Below the pieces are notes generated by a model, which was given only the letters and a program-made list of their open reading frames with translations, ran no database searches and was not told where the DNA came from. The position numbers were made by a program, and so were the translations under genes. This document shows, in pieces, positions 1-14,062 of a DNA stretch of 64,000 bases. Numbering within the stretch: the first letter of the stretch is position 1; every line of letters starts with the position of its first letter. Origin of the DNA: Dipteris shenzhenensis (Eukaryota); NCBI GenBank assembly GCA_047967505.1, contig CM106538.1. One strand, written 5' to 3'.

Positions 1-1429
1 TTGAATCTGGATATTGAGCACCATGTTGATAGTTCAAGAAGTCCATCTTCATGCCTATTCTAATGAAATTCTGGGCCAAATTCTAATCTGCATATATCAA
101 ATGACTCTTCCCAAGCCAAGTAGAGCTTTATTGAAATCTGCAGAGCCTAGTTTTCAAATGATGATCTACATATATGAAAAGGCTATTCCAAGAAAAGTAT
201 AGCCTTGTTGAACTCTATAGAGCCTAATTTTCAATGAGTAGAAAGGATTTTTCCACTGCACTATTGATAATTGATTGTGTAGTAATCTATGTTTTGTGAT
301 GAGCTCTTTGAGGAGCTATTGTGCAAAAGCTATGCTATTGTATGGACAAGAGGAGATCCTATACTTTGATATTTTTGAAGGTATGAGATGCTACAAAATG
401 ATTTTTTTCTTGCTTAATATGATGTAGCTGATCTTTAGCAACATCTCCTTGCTTTCCACCTATGCGACCAGTCACTATAGCCATTCATCCAGTCCTCAGA
501 GCTTGTGCCATTTGGAACACTTACCATTGGTGGACAAGGTGACCCTTAGCATAACATTTTAAACTTAAGATTAAACTTTAGTTTTTAAAGGGGTTTTCAC
601 AAGGGTATGTTAAATGCCTTGAACGCCTTGAACATGGGTGCTTTATCGAAACGTTTTACATTGAGGTCTTCATGGGCTTTTGCATTGTCATCTTCAATAG
701 TATTTTGGGTCTCCATTGTCTTATCATCAATGCAAAATATACATCAACAGAATATTTGCAAATCACAAGCAATGGTAGCATGAAAGTGTCGATGGAAAAG
801 AACATGCTTATTGACAAATGCCTAGGAAGTTATTAAACTTCCAAAGATTATCTATATTTTTAGTTTTCATGTGTGAGTCATGGGTTCTCTGCCCAAGATG
901 TCCCCCAAAATGATTTTAATAATCATGTATGCCTTTTATCTCTATTTGCAATTCCTTTAAAAGTCTCCATTTCCTATGTTTAACTATGTTTAGTGTGGGG
1001 TATTCTTTGTGTGCCTAGTTGTTCCTTTGCATGATGCCCAAACTTTAGCCTCTCAGTTGGCATTGGGGAACATGTATAGTAGAGAGACATGGTACATTTT
1101 GAGAGCATATTGAAGGTTGTCCAAGGTCACCACCTTCACTCCAAAAGGGGGCTTAAAGTCGTATGTTTGTGTGTATATATGTGGATAGGATCTTGTCTCT
1201 TGGTGTGGATAAGGGTCATTGTAGGATGTGGACATGACATCATAGGTGATGTCAAAGGTTTAGCTCTCCTAGTTAAATCATTTTCAAGGTGCATTTAGTA
1301 AACTAATCCTATCATATAGGCTTGTAGCGTGGTCTCTTTCTTTGACATTCTCTCATCCCTCTCTCAACACACACAAACACACACACCATAAGGAGATCTT
1401 CCATCCCCTCAACTAGGCCTCTGCTCGTG

Positions 1430-2640
1430 CAATTAAGTGCATTGTTTTCCCATAGCCATGTCTAGCCCATATTCACTGAATCATTAAGAGGCATGACACT
1501 AAATTCTATAATGCACCCTGCCTCACGCATAATGACCATTACATTCTATGCTATTTGTGCCACTACCACTCCAAGAATTTACTATCTTCAATGTTCATGG
1601 CCATTTCAATATCCAATTCCATGCATAGGCCTAGGTTGTTAACATTTATTGGGGTAAAAAATTATGTGTGGCCCCCATGTCCACCATAACTCTTGTAGTC
1701 CTTCCATTTACGATGGCTATGACATATAGTGTTTGCTAATCTTCAGCTACAACACTTCAAAGTTGCAATAGTGATGTCATTTTTTGCAAGGGTGTGCTAG
1801 TTCTCCATTATTGGCTCTAATGATTGTTCATTGGGTAGTCCCTAACATAATGGGGACCTAAACATCTAAAGCATGAAATATTTTTGACCCCACTAGTGCT
1901 TGCATTAGTCCAACTAGATCCACCAGTGTTTTGAGCCATTGCTTTACCTTTTTCCTTGACATCTACTAAAGGGATTTCTTATGTGGGGCATATGGCTTTG
2001 TTGCCATGTGGTCTCATTCTCTTGTGTCTACAAAAGAAGGAATATTGTGGTGTTTTTCTTCCATGATCATTATCATGATCTTGCTCAGGTCTACACAGTG
2101 TGGAACATTCCACTCAAAGCCTTCTCTCCCAATCTCCTACCAATTTGTCAACGTATTGGTCGCTTCTAATGCCTATTGATAATTGGAGTATGTAGGCATG
2201 TTGTATCACTAGCTCATCATGAGCCCAAGGCTTCATCCTATTCTTGAAAGAGAGAAATAAATTCTATCATTCGTTTTGTTAACCTCAAGCATTTTCATCA
2301 TTGCATGGAAGCCTTAAACTCGATAAAATAATGTTCACATTTTCAAGCATTCATTTTATTGACTCAAAGGGATTTGATAGCCTTCACATTTTATTCAATG
2401 CTAAGGGCTATTTCCATTATAGACTATGAAGAAAGTATGAAATAGTTTTGAATATTGACCACATCATATAGTGCCACCACCACATATCGGCATCTTTCAT
2501 GAGAAAGGTGGAGCTATGGAACACTTGGTCCTCATCACAAGTAAGCTTTGTTGTGCCAAAGAATTTCTCTACATCATAGCAAAAATTCCCGAATGCCTCT
2601 AGCTCACCACTTCCATTAAAGAAATCCAACTATCTAACAT
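1430..2640 (-). mobile_element. Degraded Ty3/Gypsy gag-protease remnant
   Basis: ORF 2417..2629 resembles a retrotransposon gag N-terminus (F.G...F...VEKFF...A.MWW). The reverse complement near 1655-1685 reads VDMGATHNF (aspartic protease D[T/S]GA-like). Many stops. Confidence 0.65.
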
Positions 2641-2689
2641 ATCATTCCAACTAAAGAGTGTAAGAGAAACACCACACAAAAGTGATGCA

Positions 2690-3010
2690 TGAAGGATCCA
2701 TAAGATTTTCCATGTCAACCATTTTATGCATTATGAGGGATCAGTACCATCCACTCTCACGGATGAATAGCAACAAAGTCTTTGGATAAGGATGAGGTTG
2801 TGGATCCTTTACCATCAGTGGTGGATGCTATGAGTGTTAAGTATCTATTGAAATTCTTGCATTATCTCACTATTTGTCCTAAGTGTCTTGATTGTAGTCA
2901 TTTGGATGAGTATTCTCATCTTATTTAGATTTACGAGGAAGCTTAATAGTTGAATGACCCTGTGTAGTTGTTGCCACCTAAGGACAACTATTTGGTGATG
3001 GAGGGAATGT
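2690..3010 (+). mobile_element. Possible 3' end of a Gypsy element (integrase C-terminus/chromodomain remnant + PPT)
   Basis: IFHV-like codons near 2704, a YLLKF..Y segment near 2841, and purine tract gatggagggaa followed by TGTAAC at ~3008. Very degraded. Confidence 0.3.
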
Positions 3011-3109
3011 AACAAACCTACACTTCTCTCGACTACATTTACAGACTATTCTTTAATATTCTATTTTCATCTGGTTTTTAGACCACCTTTGGCTTTTCAG
3101 AGTTAAAAA

Positions 3110-3493
3110 TTTTAGAAGGGCTCTATGGTTTTGGCAAGAGGTGCTAGGTGTGGGACATTGTATCCCCTACATGTATCAGGGATGTCTGATCATGTTGTTG
3201 CAATAATCGAGCAACCAAGTACTTCTTTGTGGCATTGCCGGTTGGGACACATGAGCCAGAATGGAATGAAACTCTTATGTTGTTTGGGTTATGTACCGCG
3301 TTTGAGTTTTTTTAATTTATAATTTTATGAGCATTGTCTCTATGGGAAGCAAACTAAATCAGCCCCCCATAAAATAAGGGAAAATACAGAGCTAGAAAAG
3401 CTTGATTTGGTGCATTCAGACGTATATGGTCCCATGCTTACACGATCACTAGGCAGACATGAATACTATGTGATGTAACTAGGAAAGTGTGGG
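3110..3493 (+). mobile_element. Ty1/Copia GAG-pre-integrase/integrase fragment
   Basis: LWHCRLGHMS, then EHCLYGKQ and LDLVHSDVYGP, ending RKVW where the LTR at 3494 begins. Confidence 0.85.
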
Positions 3494-3804
3494 TGTCAAA
3501 GAAGATAGTGTAGCGGAAGCGAGAATACCCAGGTATGAGGAAGAACACTAGGAGGGCGAGCAGCCTCCAACACATAGTCTATTCCATACTAGAAGGAAAA
3601 AGACAGTACATCCACCAAGTGAACACACTAAAAAGAACTAAAACCACAAGATAAGACCTAACTGGACTGATAAGAACTAACCATGGGTATGAACCATGTT
3701 CTGACTACTACTAACTACTAACACACCAATCATAGTGCTGATAGGCATATCTAGCTATCCGTAACATATTTGTGGGATAGCATACCCGAGCTTGTCTTCC
3801 AACA
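3494..3804 (-). repeat. Copia 3' LTR (311 bp)
   Basis: TG at 3494 to CA at 3804, directly followed by ctccccctcaa (3805-3815), the reverse complement of a PPT, and then the end of RNase H. Confidence 0.75.
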
Positions 3805-3817
3805 CTCCCCCTCAAGC

Positions 3818-6800
3818 TCAAGTAGGGAGTAAGACACCAAGAAGCTCTCGAAAGAATGTGAACTTATCTTTACCCAAGGACTTGGTAAAGATATTTGCAA
3901 CCTGATCTTCAGTTCGAACATGAATGAGGTCAACTTGCCTCATCAACACCATCTCTCTGATGAAATGGTAGTGTACCTCAATATGCTTTGTTCTAGCATG
4001 ATATACGGGATTACTTGCCAACTGGACACTACTCATGTTATCTCAGTAAAGTTTGATTGGCTTATCCACATGCAATCCCAAATCCCGCAACAACTTCTGA
4101 AGCCAAGAAATCTCACATGCAGCCAATGCTGCACCTCTATACTCAGCTTCTGTACTAGACAATGCCACTGTGGGTTGCTTTTTGCTACTCTAGCTAACCA
4201 TAGCACTTCCAAGGCTGAATGCATAGCCACTAGTGGATCTCCTATCATATGCACATCCTGCCCAATCTACATCTGTGTATCCAGCCAGCTCTATTTCCTT
4301 GCCATATGCATAAAAGAGCCCATGTTCATATGTAGCCTTGACATACCGCACAATCCTCCTCACTGCATCCAAGTGAGGCTTCCGTGGCTTCTGCATAAAT
4401 TGACTAATGAGTCCCATAGCATATGCCAAATCAGGCCTAGTGATTGTCAAATATATCAAGCTGCCAACCATCTGCCTATACATGGTAATGTCATCAATCT
4501 CAGCTCCAGATCAGCCATCATCTTCAAGTTTTGATCCAAGGGGATATCCATTGGTTTGCAATCCTTCATGCCAAACCTCTCTAGCATATTTAAGGCATAC
4601 TGCCTCTGCATAAGCCAAATGCCATCATCTGGCGTTCTCAACACCTCTATGCCAAGAAAGAACTTCAAATCCCCTAGATCCTTTATATCAAACTCCATTT
4701 CCAGCTTGCTCTTAATTTCAGCAATGCCATCATCATCACTACCAGTCAGAATCAGATCATCAACATAGATCACGATCACAACATATCCAGCAATTGTCTT
4801 CTTTGTGAACAGTGAATGATCAGCCTTCCCAACTACTAATCCTTTCATTCCATGCTCTAGGTGCTTGCTTCAGCCCATAGAGAGCTTTCTTCAACCTACA
4901 AACATAGTTGGGATAGTCAGGGTGCACATAACCCTCCGGCTGAACCATATAGACTTCCTCCAACAAGTCACCATTTAGGAAAGCTTTCTTGACATCCATT
5001 TGCGACAATTTCCAGCCATTTGCAACAGCCAATGCTATGATAGTTCTCACAGTTGCCATCTTGGCAACAAGGCTGAAAGTTTCCTCATAATCTAGCCCAT
5101 ACTGCTGTTTATACCCTTTGGCAACCAGCCTTGCTTTATACCTTTCCACTGATCCATCAGACTTGCATTTTACTTTGTAGACCCATTTGCAACCAATAGG
5201 ATTCTTGCCTTCAGGCAACTCCACCAAATCCCAAGCCTGATTAGTGGCAAGGGCATCCATCTCCTCATCCATGGCATTCTGCCAATGACCATGTTGCATA
5301 GCCTCGCCAAAGATAGATGGCTCAGTATGTCCCATAACTTTTGTCATATATGCATAATGCCGAGTAGCATAACCACTATAAGTTAACCTGTCAACAGGAT
5401 ACCTGACTCTCTGTGATCTTCTCACTGAAGTGCCTGACTCTTCTCGTTCATGAGGAGGTATGTACCTGCTTCCCTTAACTCCAGATGTAGACAGAGATGG
5501 TATACCCAGCTCACTATCCAAACTGTCACTACATGACGAATCATAGCCACAATTTGATGGCCCAAGGACATCATTTTCAGCTAGCGAAAGCACCTCAACA
5601 ACCTTGGCTTTCCCTTTATCTCTCCCCCTCACTAACATAGCAGTGTTAGTGGAATTGCATAACCTGCCAGACCAAGGATTTACTATAGTAGAACCAATGG
5701 ATGTAGGCCCAGATATGGATGTACTAATTTGCTGATTTTTATCATATGCATGACCTGCAGATGCATCATTTGGAACATCCACTTTCGGCTTGCCATACCA
5801 AGATTCCAGCTCATCAAAAACAACATCCTGACTCACCATAGTCTTCTTGATCAATGGGTTGTAGCATTTGTAACCCTTCCGGTTCTGTGCATAGCCAATA
5901 AACACACATCTTTCAGCCTTCGGATCTAATTTTCTCTTTTCATCCAGTATATGCACATATGCCAAGCTACCAAACACTTTTAAATGACTGACATCAGGCT
6001 TCTATCGATACAATTCTCATATGGTGTGAGCATATGAATGCCACTAGTAGGAGTGCGATTCAGCACATACACTGCAGTTGCAAGTGAGTAAGTTCTTTTC
6101 ATTCAACATGGCTCTACCACATGAACCAATCACCCCATTCTTACATTCAGCCACTCCATTCTGCTTGGTGTATATGGGCATGTAAGCTCCCGTCTAATCC
6201 CATGATAGGCCAAGAAGTCATCAAATTCATTTGACAGATATTCACCTCCATTATCTGATCTCAAGCATGTGATATATGACCCAAACTCCTTTTCAACATG
6301 TTGCTTGAAATGCTTGAAAGCAGGCAGGACCTCATCCTTATGTTTCAAAAAATACAACCATGTATACGGGTGAAAATCATCAATAAATGTGACATAATAT
6401 GATGAACCTCCCATCGAGGTAGTCTGAGCTGGATCCCAGACATGAGTGTGAATCAACTGCAAGGGCCTATTACTTTCCCGTATATGCCTAGTAAATGGCA
6501 ACCTGGATTGCTTTCTAAATTGGCATGTAGGACATACATGCTCCAAAGCATTATACTTGAACTTTGGTAGGCCAACAACAAAGCCTTTATGCTGCATATT
6601 TTTCACCTTCTGAATATTAATATGACCAATGCGTTTGTGCCAAATTTCCAAGTCCTAAACAACACTCGTACCATGGGTGAACATGGCAGCCTTCAATTCC
6701 AGTATGCCTGCATCTAAAATGAGCATTCTTCCTTGTCTTTTCCCTTTTGCAATAAGTTTACAGCCATTATCAAATCCTTCAATGAAACAGCCATGCTTAT

Positions 6801-7650
6801 TAAACTGCACCTGCAAGTTTTGCTCAGCCATTTACCCAACAGACAACAAATTCTTTGTGATAGAAGGCACATGCACTACATCAATCAATTTCTTAGTCTG
6901 GCCATCATGCATAGCCAAAGATACAACACCCGTATGGGTAATGCCATGCTGAGTATCATCACCGGTGCAAACAGATCCATGCAGCTCAGAAGTCATCTTT
7001 GTTCAAACCACTCACCATGTGGTGTCATATGGTTAGATGCTCCTGAATCTATGTACCACACATCCTTAAAGCCACCATCAGTAGGCTTATGATCTTGTAC
7101 ATATGTCATAGCAAACAACTGGTCTATGGGTGTATCATGTGTATGACTTGAAGAAGCAAAATGACCTTGCTGATTTGCCCTTCCTCTCTGATTCGCTTGC
7201 AATATGGCCAATCTTCCCACAGTAATGGCATACCTTATCCTTATTGGGCTGATCCACATGGTGAAGTGGCTGCCAAGCCCCTCTACCTCGCAATCTAGAT
7301 CTCCCCCTGCCTTGGAGAGATCCTCCTCCTCTACGAGGTTGATTTTGATTGCTCCAATTATGGGCTTGAGCCTGTGATGTATATTTGACATCACCTCTAC
7401 CATGAGAGGCACTCTTGCCTCTACCACCTCTACCTCTCTGATTAGAGTAAAAGACAACATCTCTATTTCTGGATCTACTAGCACCAGTATTTAGCCCAAG
7501 CTTCACTTCTTCATGTATCAAAAAAGCAACCAGTTCATGAAATCTGGCATATGTGGCCTCACCGAAATGGAAGTGTTGAAAGACTTATATTTAGGACCAA
7601 GTCCATTCAAAGTGACTGCAACCATGTCATCATCATCCACAGAAGCATAG
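3818..7650 (-). mobile_element. Ty1/Copia pol + partial gag, pseudogenised
   Basis: Ordered on the minus strand: CHYCGKIGH knuckle, WYIDSGASNHM protease, WHKRIGH...C..C and LRSDNGGEY integrase, ARLVAKGY / YVDDL RT, NPVYHARTKHIEV RNase H. Split by frameshifts and stops. Confidence 0.95.
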
Positions 7651-8367
7651 CATAAATCTAAGGTTTTAAAACCTTAGAATGAAAAATGCATAACAGAGAG
7701 ACGAAATCAAATACACAAAGATCTATAACTCTGAAAATACTCCACTGAATCGCGCAAGAACTGATAGGTAGAGGTTTTTAGGTGTCCGAAACGCAATGGG
7801 ACAAACGGTTTTGGAAACCGTGGTCCCAATCACTGGGTCCAATACACAGACTGAAAAACATTTTTGGAAACTGAACTGTTTGTAAACTCCACCGGAGTGC
7901 GAATGATGAGCAACATAGAAGTTTTAGGACCTCCTGAGTCCATCGGAACTAACAGATCTACAAATGGTTGCTCCAAACTTAAGTTCCAACACCCGGGCAG
8001 AAAAACGTTGAAACCGACACATTGAGTCAGAAATCCAACAAAATGATCCCAAATTCAAGAATGAAGGTGTTTCCATGTTCGTGAAGTGAAATGGACACTA
8101 AAAGCAGGCAATGGTTGCCTCTACGGAGTCTCTGTCGTCGAACGGAACAAGGAAAAGCTAAAAAAAAGACTTTTTCTTTGAAAACACGTAACAGGCTCTC
8201 AAAACCACTTCGCAAAACCAAAGTGACTTTTCCAAAGGTTCCTTTAAGGTCTTTGGGCACTCGGATGCAAGTAAAATCACCCACAAAGCTTCCCACTGAG
8301 CTTGTCCTTTCTCCCACAGAGCTGTTGAGCTTCCAGGCATTCACGCATGCTCAGCTAGATCACCCAA

Positions 8368-8379
8368 GCTCTGATACCA
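8368..8379 (-). promoter_or_regulatory. Primer-binding site (tRNA-iMet)
   Basis: gctctgatacca is the reverse complement of TGGTATCAGAGC, 2 nt from an LTR edge. Confidence 0.9.
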
Positions 8380-8381
8380 GT

Positions 8382-8553
8382 TGAGAGTGCTCTCAACGGA
8401 AGCATAACGAAAGAGGGAGAGAGAGAAACAGAGAGCCACACAAGTTTTTGATGGGTGCAGAACACCCTAATCTTCTTTTTCATTTATTTATATATGTGTT
8501 TGAGTATTGTACATAACCGGGGTAAAGGCACAATGACCTTTAACCCCCACACA
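8382..8553 (-). repeat. Short Copia 5' LTR (~172 bp)
   Basis: Starts TG next to the PBS, contains tatatat, ends ...ccccacaCA. Layout is like the LTR at 29891-30042. Far boundary inferred. Confidence 0.6.
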
Positions 8554-9264
8554 ATGGTGTTGTGACCCATACATAGAAGGTGGATAATTCCATTCAGGGT
8601 GTTCCTAGGAACTCTCTCGGCATCGCCTGACATGGCAAAAGAAATCAAGCCAGCCAAGAGTGGAGGTCCATGGAGGGGGATAGAGGGGGCAAGCACTTTG
8701 ATTATAATTTCTTCGGAATTACGAATGGCATGCAATTGATTTGGACTACGAATCGCTCGTACATTGATAGCTCTGAAATTTTGAATTCTAGCAACCCATT
8801 TATGATTTAGGGAATAGGTGCAAAAGATAAGTACAGTAATTAGGGCCTTAGCACATGGATGGGACTAGTATCGGTTTAGGATGAGAATCTTTTTGTTATC
8901 ATTACTCCCATTCTAGACCAAATGGTCTAGGATGGATTTAGAATGGGAGTAGCCACTTTTTCTCCCATCCTAGACCATGGCCTCTAGACCCTGGCAACTA
9001 GAATGGCTTCCCCTTTTTTAGGGATTCCAAAACATGGGCACGTTGTCCCCACCTCCTAAATACATGAAATGATGCCATGTGTCCTCTTACACCTAAACCC
9101 ATCCTTAGTTCTTTTTGGCTTGCCCTCTGGGTAGCCTTAACAATGCTTCAAATTGGGCAAAGCAAAAATTAGGCATTTTTAAAAATTTTGGAAGTGCATT
9201 TTTCCTATTGGACAATATATTGACTTTTTTTCATTGGACTTGAATGCAGACTTTAAAGTGGTTG

Positions 9265-9300
<36 letters not shown>

Positions 9301-9420
9301 CCTCTCTTCCCCCCCTTCTTTATTTCCTCAAGTCTTCCTACACACCATCTCCACCTTTTCTCCCCCCCCAAAAAAACGCCTCCCCTATCCTCTCTCTCTC
9401 TCTCTCTCTCTCTCTCCCCT
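9265..9420. repeat. (CT)n microsatellites / pyrimidine tract
   Basis: Two (CT)n runs at ~9265-9300 and ~9390-9416. Confidence 0.95.
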
Positions 9421-11977
9421 TTATCTCCCGAGTCTTCCTCCACATCATTTCTTTTTTTTTGCTATTTTGATCTTGGGCAAGCCTTATGAATGATTAAATA
9501 TCATTCACCTTGTTTTGTTAGCACATTGTGGGATGGGAATACAATAGAAATATTCCCAACCTATTTCTTCCCATGTGCTAAGCCCCTTAGTCTTTGGTGC
9601 CTCTATTTGTGGCAAATTGACAAAGCTACGAGTCCTATGCTCTGCCGCCTTGCCCTTCCGCTTTCATTTTTCTCCCTTCTTCTCGTAGGTTCTCTCCCTT
9701 CCATCGATCTCCCCCGTTCTCTCAGCCGCTCTTCTTGTTTGCTCAACCACACCCCCCTCACTCCCCTCTATATACTCACCTGGCAACCAAGAACCTTCTG
9801 GACACGGACGTTGTCGACTATCTGCCACCGCCCTTGTATTGATTTTCGCCCTCTCACTTTACCTTAATCGACTCTCACCCGTCCCGCTACAAGTTCTATT
9901 ACCTATTGTGGGCAGAGATAATGGGTATATGCCAGTATTGCATAGAAGGGCTCAGCTGGGGCATCGTAGCATGGCTCGAAGAGCGCCTAGTTCCTTCCCA
10001 AGTGTGGAAATCCGGTTTTGCATCAGAAGATATCTCACATTGCTGCACCCATCGATGTTTGGGAGACGGTCCTAGAGCCTTGCACATCTGGGTTGCATTT
10101 TGTACTCTAGTGATCAACCCATGTTGTGGACAATAGACCTGCCTATAGGGACGCCTAATTGGGCATTGTTTACACCTTGTGCTTGATCTTGGAACAAGCG
10201 AAGGAGGTTGCAAAAGAAACTCACAGCATTGCACGCATTTTTGCAAGCTTGCTTGCATGCATATTTTACATTTTCAAAGATAAAAGAATCCACGAGTTCT
10301 ATAGTCTGCCACATTGGCTTTAGCACCTGCTCCAGGGTTGCTTTAGGCATTGAGCGGGAACCCAGAGACACATATTGCAAACAGCCACACCCGTGGACAC
10401 CTGATCATTGCAAGGAGTTTTGCAAACATAACATAAGTGGTTCCTCTCTCTGGGAAATAAACAGAGCGGTGCCAATAATCGCACGGGCATTTCAATGCAG
10501 TAAAAAAATCACTTTTCAGCTTCGGCAAAGAATGGTAACAGCTCGTGATGTCGAAGGACACTCCATCATCAGGTGCATAAGATTATTTTATGGATTCTCC
10601 AATGTAACACATACAGAAACTCGGCTTCCATGTTGGCCTAAATTTTCTCTCATTTCAGCAGTTTTCCTGATCTTAAAGGGCACCAAGATGAGCTTACATA
10701 AGCTTCTTGTGAGGGCCACAAGCTTTTGTGCAGACATTTCCACGAATAACATGACGTAAGGGCTCTAACAAAAGCAATATGAGATACTGTCAATCTACCA
10801 CCCTTTTACAGACAATTGTGTATCACTGAACCAAAATCATGAAGATTGTGGTTAGAGGGTCTTACAATAGCCTTGGAGGCAGTTTTCTTCGACATATTCG
10901 TCAATCCAAATTTTAGTCTGAAGGCAATTGTGAGGCATTTCATTAGCTCTTGTCAACAGCGCATTGTCGCTCTGGTTCATTCCTTCTCATATTGGGATTA
11001 GAGCATTGTGTGGCAGCCACATTAGTTAAAGGAGACTAAAGTGGTCCCTGTACTCAAATTATCCAGATGAGCCTTTATCCTTGTTCTGATATGCTGGTGG
11101 GTTGATTGCGCTTAATGGTGGGTTCATGACCCATCCTGAGTATTGGACTGCCCACACATCATCAAGGCTGCTGACAGAGAGAGTCAATGTATGAAAATCA
11201 GAAATATATTTCTTGTCGAAGAATCTGAAAGCTTACAGTGTCAAGTCAGTTCAGAATTCTTCTGAGTTAAGTCTGCATGATTTGGGTACTTGTTGGCCCA
11301 CCTTCGGCTTAAAGTATCACCTGATCTTGTATTTGCACCCATCATTTTATAGTCTCTCTTACATACTATGTCTATTCTTGGATTATTATAATATTTTGTA
11401 GCCCAGGTAATTTCATGATATAACCGAGAGCAGAAATGGAGTAGGGAAATAACAGCTTTGTTATCCCTAGATATGGCATCCTCTACTGAAAGGGATAAAT
11501 GAAGTGAGATGTATCTCACTGGTGCTTAGTTCCTCGACAAGAAAATGGACTGCTTCCTGTGAAAGTGTCAGTGATCCAAAGTGACATACGTGCCCAAACT
11601 TACAAGCCAGAGTATTTCAAAGTGATCACACAAGAAGAAACCTAAAGAAAGAAACGCTATTCTAAAAAGTTTCTTCCAGTGGACCCCAGTATCAAATAAT
11701 GGTTAAACAAAAGCACTTCTTTTGATATGAAACAAGGTGTATGGTCTCATAGTATACAAGCACAACTATTAGCTGAGTTCCAATTACGAAATCCATGTAT
11801 TGCTGTAATGGTTGAGAGACCATTTTTCTAGACTCTCCGAGATAAATTTTTATGAAAAGATAAACTTCTCATCATCTTTTTGTTTCCTTTACTTAAGGGC
11901 ACTGAGAACTCATTGAAATTTTACATATATTCACACAATCTCATTGTTTGTTATCGTTTTCCAAGGTCTGAGATTAC

Positions 11978-14062
11978 CTGGCCTCCTGGGCTGAACAGCT
12001 GTCTTAGACATTTTTGTACAGCTTCCATGCGTTCTCCTCCCATTGCGGCACTGCAGTCAATCAAAAACACTGGGCGCTGTCCAGCAAGCCATCCAACAGG
12101 AGGTGGTGGCTTTGGCTCCCTCCATGGGGGAAGGTGAAGAGGGGGAGGTGGCACATAAATGGGCTCTTCTTTTTGTACTGGGGGTAGATATGGTGGGATG
12201 GGCTCATCAGGAGGTGGCTCAAAGGGTGGTTCAGGCATGATTGGTAGATGGAGGGCATGACTGATCGAATCTAGCTCAGCAGGAAAGTGGTTAGGGTCTC
12301 TAGTCTGAATTGCCGCCAAAGTCAACATCTGAGAATCTTTAGTATCAAGGTTGATGGTTTCAGCTTCAGGGAATGGAGGAGAGGGAATGGGCAACAATGA
12401 AGGTGGCTTAGCAAAGCATGGTTCCCTCCTCTGTTGTCCTGGTGTAAAGTGGTGCTTGTGTCCATGCTTGCTGCATAAACCATCACAGATACCTCTTTGA
12501 TCCTTCCCAAGCTCATAATAAGACTTTTCACAAGGCCTTGGATCCAGCAGAGGCAGGCGGAATGAAGGAATGGGTTCCAGAGCGGGTGGAGGTATAATTT
12601 CCGGCACTAAATATTCTGGTTCTTGAGGAAGCTCCGCCAAATGAGGTTCTACCCATACTGGCAATGGCTCTTGATATGGAAAAACAAAAACAGGCAGTGT
12701 TTCCTCTTTATACGCATCATAGTTGATAGTGGATTCATCTTCCGTAAAAACAGGCATATTGGGCAGTTTAAGAGGAGGTGCCTTCAAAGGTTCAGGCAAA
12801 ACTAGAGAAGGGTATTCTTTTGTGGCGGGTGGTTTGTATACAGGAGCTGGCAGATCATTTGGTATATGTTCATCCCGCTCAGATGGGATTGGAGCAAGCC
12901 CCTCGATGGGATAAAGCTGTGGCATGGAAGGCATTGCTGGTATCTCCAGTTCTGAAGTCTCCTCCAACCTAGGTGATTTCCAGGATGGCAATTCCTGCAA
13001 ATGATCCCAGCATTGAAATGAGTTGATTGAATGGCTTCTGCATGTGCAGTTCAAAAGAGGTTATGTCGAGTGCTAATATGCGTATAGTTTGGTCAGCGTC
13101 TACTTTGTGTAGAGGCCTTGCCTGATAATACGTTGGGAGAATCTGGCTTCGAAGCTTAGTCGTAAGTTGGCGAAGCTCTTTAATGAGAAAGTGCAAATTC
13201 AAGTTGAATTGTCCATGAATTTGTTGGCCACCAGAAAGAAGAAAGTGACCAAATTCATTTTCACAGTACTTTGCATGAACACGCTTTTCCGTCTGCACAG
13301 GAACGCAGGTTTGCTGTAAGCTGGTACTCAGGATAGCGAAATTCTCTGCCTTTAAAAGTTAGTTTGGCATTCTTGGTGGCTTACCGAGGGCATCTCCGCA
13401 TGAGCATGCTCAAAATATGTCCAATTTTGAAGTAAAACGTCCATAAGGTTCTCAGCTGTTTTAACTTTACTGCTCTGTTGCCTTTTCCTAGCGCGGATCT
13501 GATGAGAAAATCACACAGAGTATATGATCACGTCTACATATTACAAAATGCATTTGGGAAAGTAGAATGAACGTTAGCACAATATGATAAGCACCTTTTT
13601 CACTTCCAATTCTGGATCTATAGACACTTTTTTACGAGCCGAACTTCGTAAAATCTCAAGCGGATCTTGGCAGGCCCTCATATTGTGTGCTCCCCAGATT
13701 GCTTTCACCAACTCCGGTGCAAGCTCTCCTTTTCTCGGTCTAGCCAACTTATTCGATTTGCTCTCCCTGAAGTTAATCGACAACCAGCTCCAACCTTTGC
13801 TCGTCTTACTAACAAGCCGCATGTTCCCAGAGATCTTAGCGGCACCTTGGCCATGGGATCGTGGGCTATTTATCGTTAGAGACCCCTTCTGTCGCCTTGG
13901 CGAATTCTTGACTGATCCTGGGCCGCCGTTCTGCTTCGATTTCCGATTAAAATCCCCCGCAACTTTTGCAAGGTCGATTTTGGAGAGGGGAAACTTTGCG
14001 CCCTCCCAGCCTAAGGGCGTGGTCTTGCGAGAATCGAGAAGGGAGGGCTGAGGGGGAGACAT
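11978..14062 (-). CDS. Probable host gene: basic N-terminus, long Pro/Glu-rich region, start of a von Willebrand A domain; 3' exons unresolved
   Basis: Four exons join in phase 0 without stops: 14062-13595 (AAG|gtgc), 13498-13385 (TCG|gtaagc), 13292-13122 (CAG|gcaag) and 12994-11978 (CAG|gtaatc). The last encodes PVFLIDCSAAM...MEAVQKCLRQLF, a vWA beta1/MIDAS-like start. Confidence 0.7.

Noticed and set aside
1-1400. Short ORFs at the window start
   Set aside because: No recognisable motifs; probably old TE debris.
9839-10759. Independent gene or terminal exons of the vWA gene
   Set aside because: Several short ORFs on both strands, but I could not build a consistent spliced model or recognise a domain.
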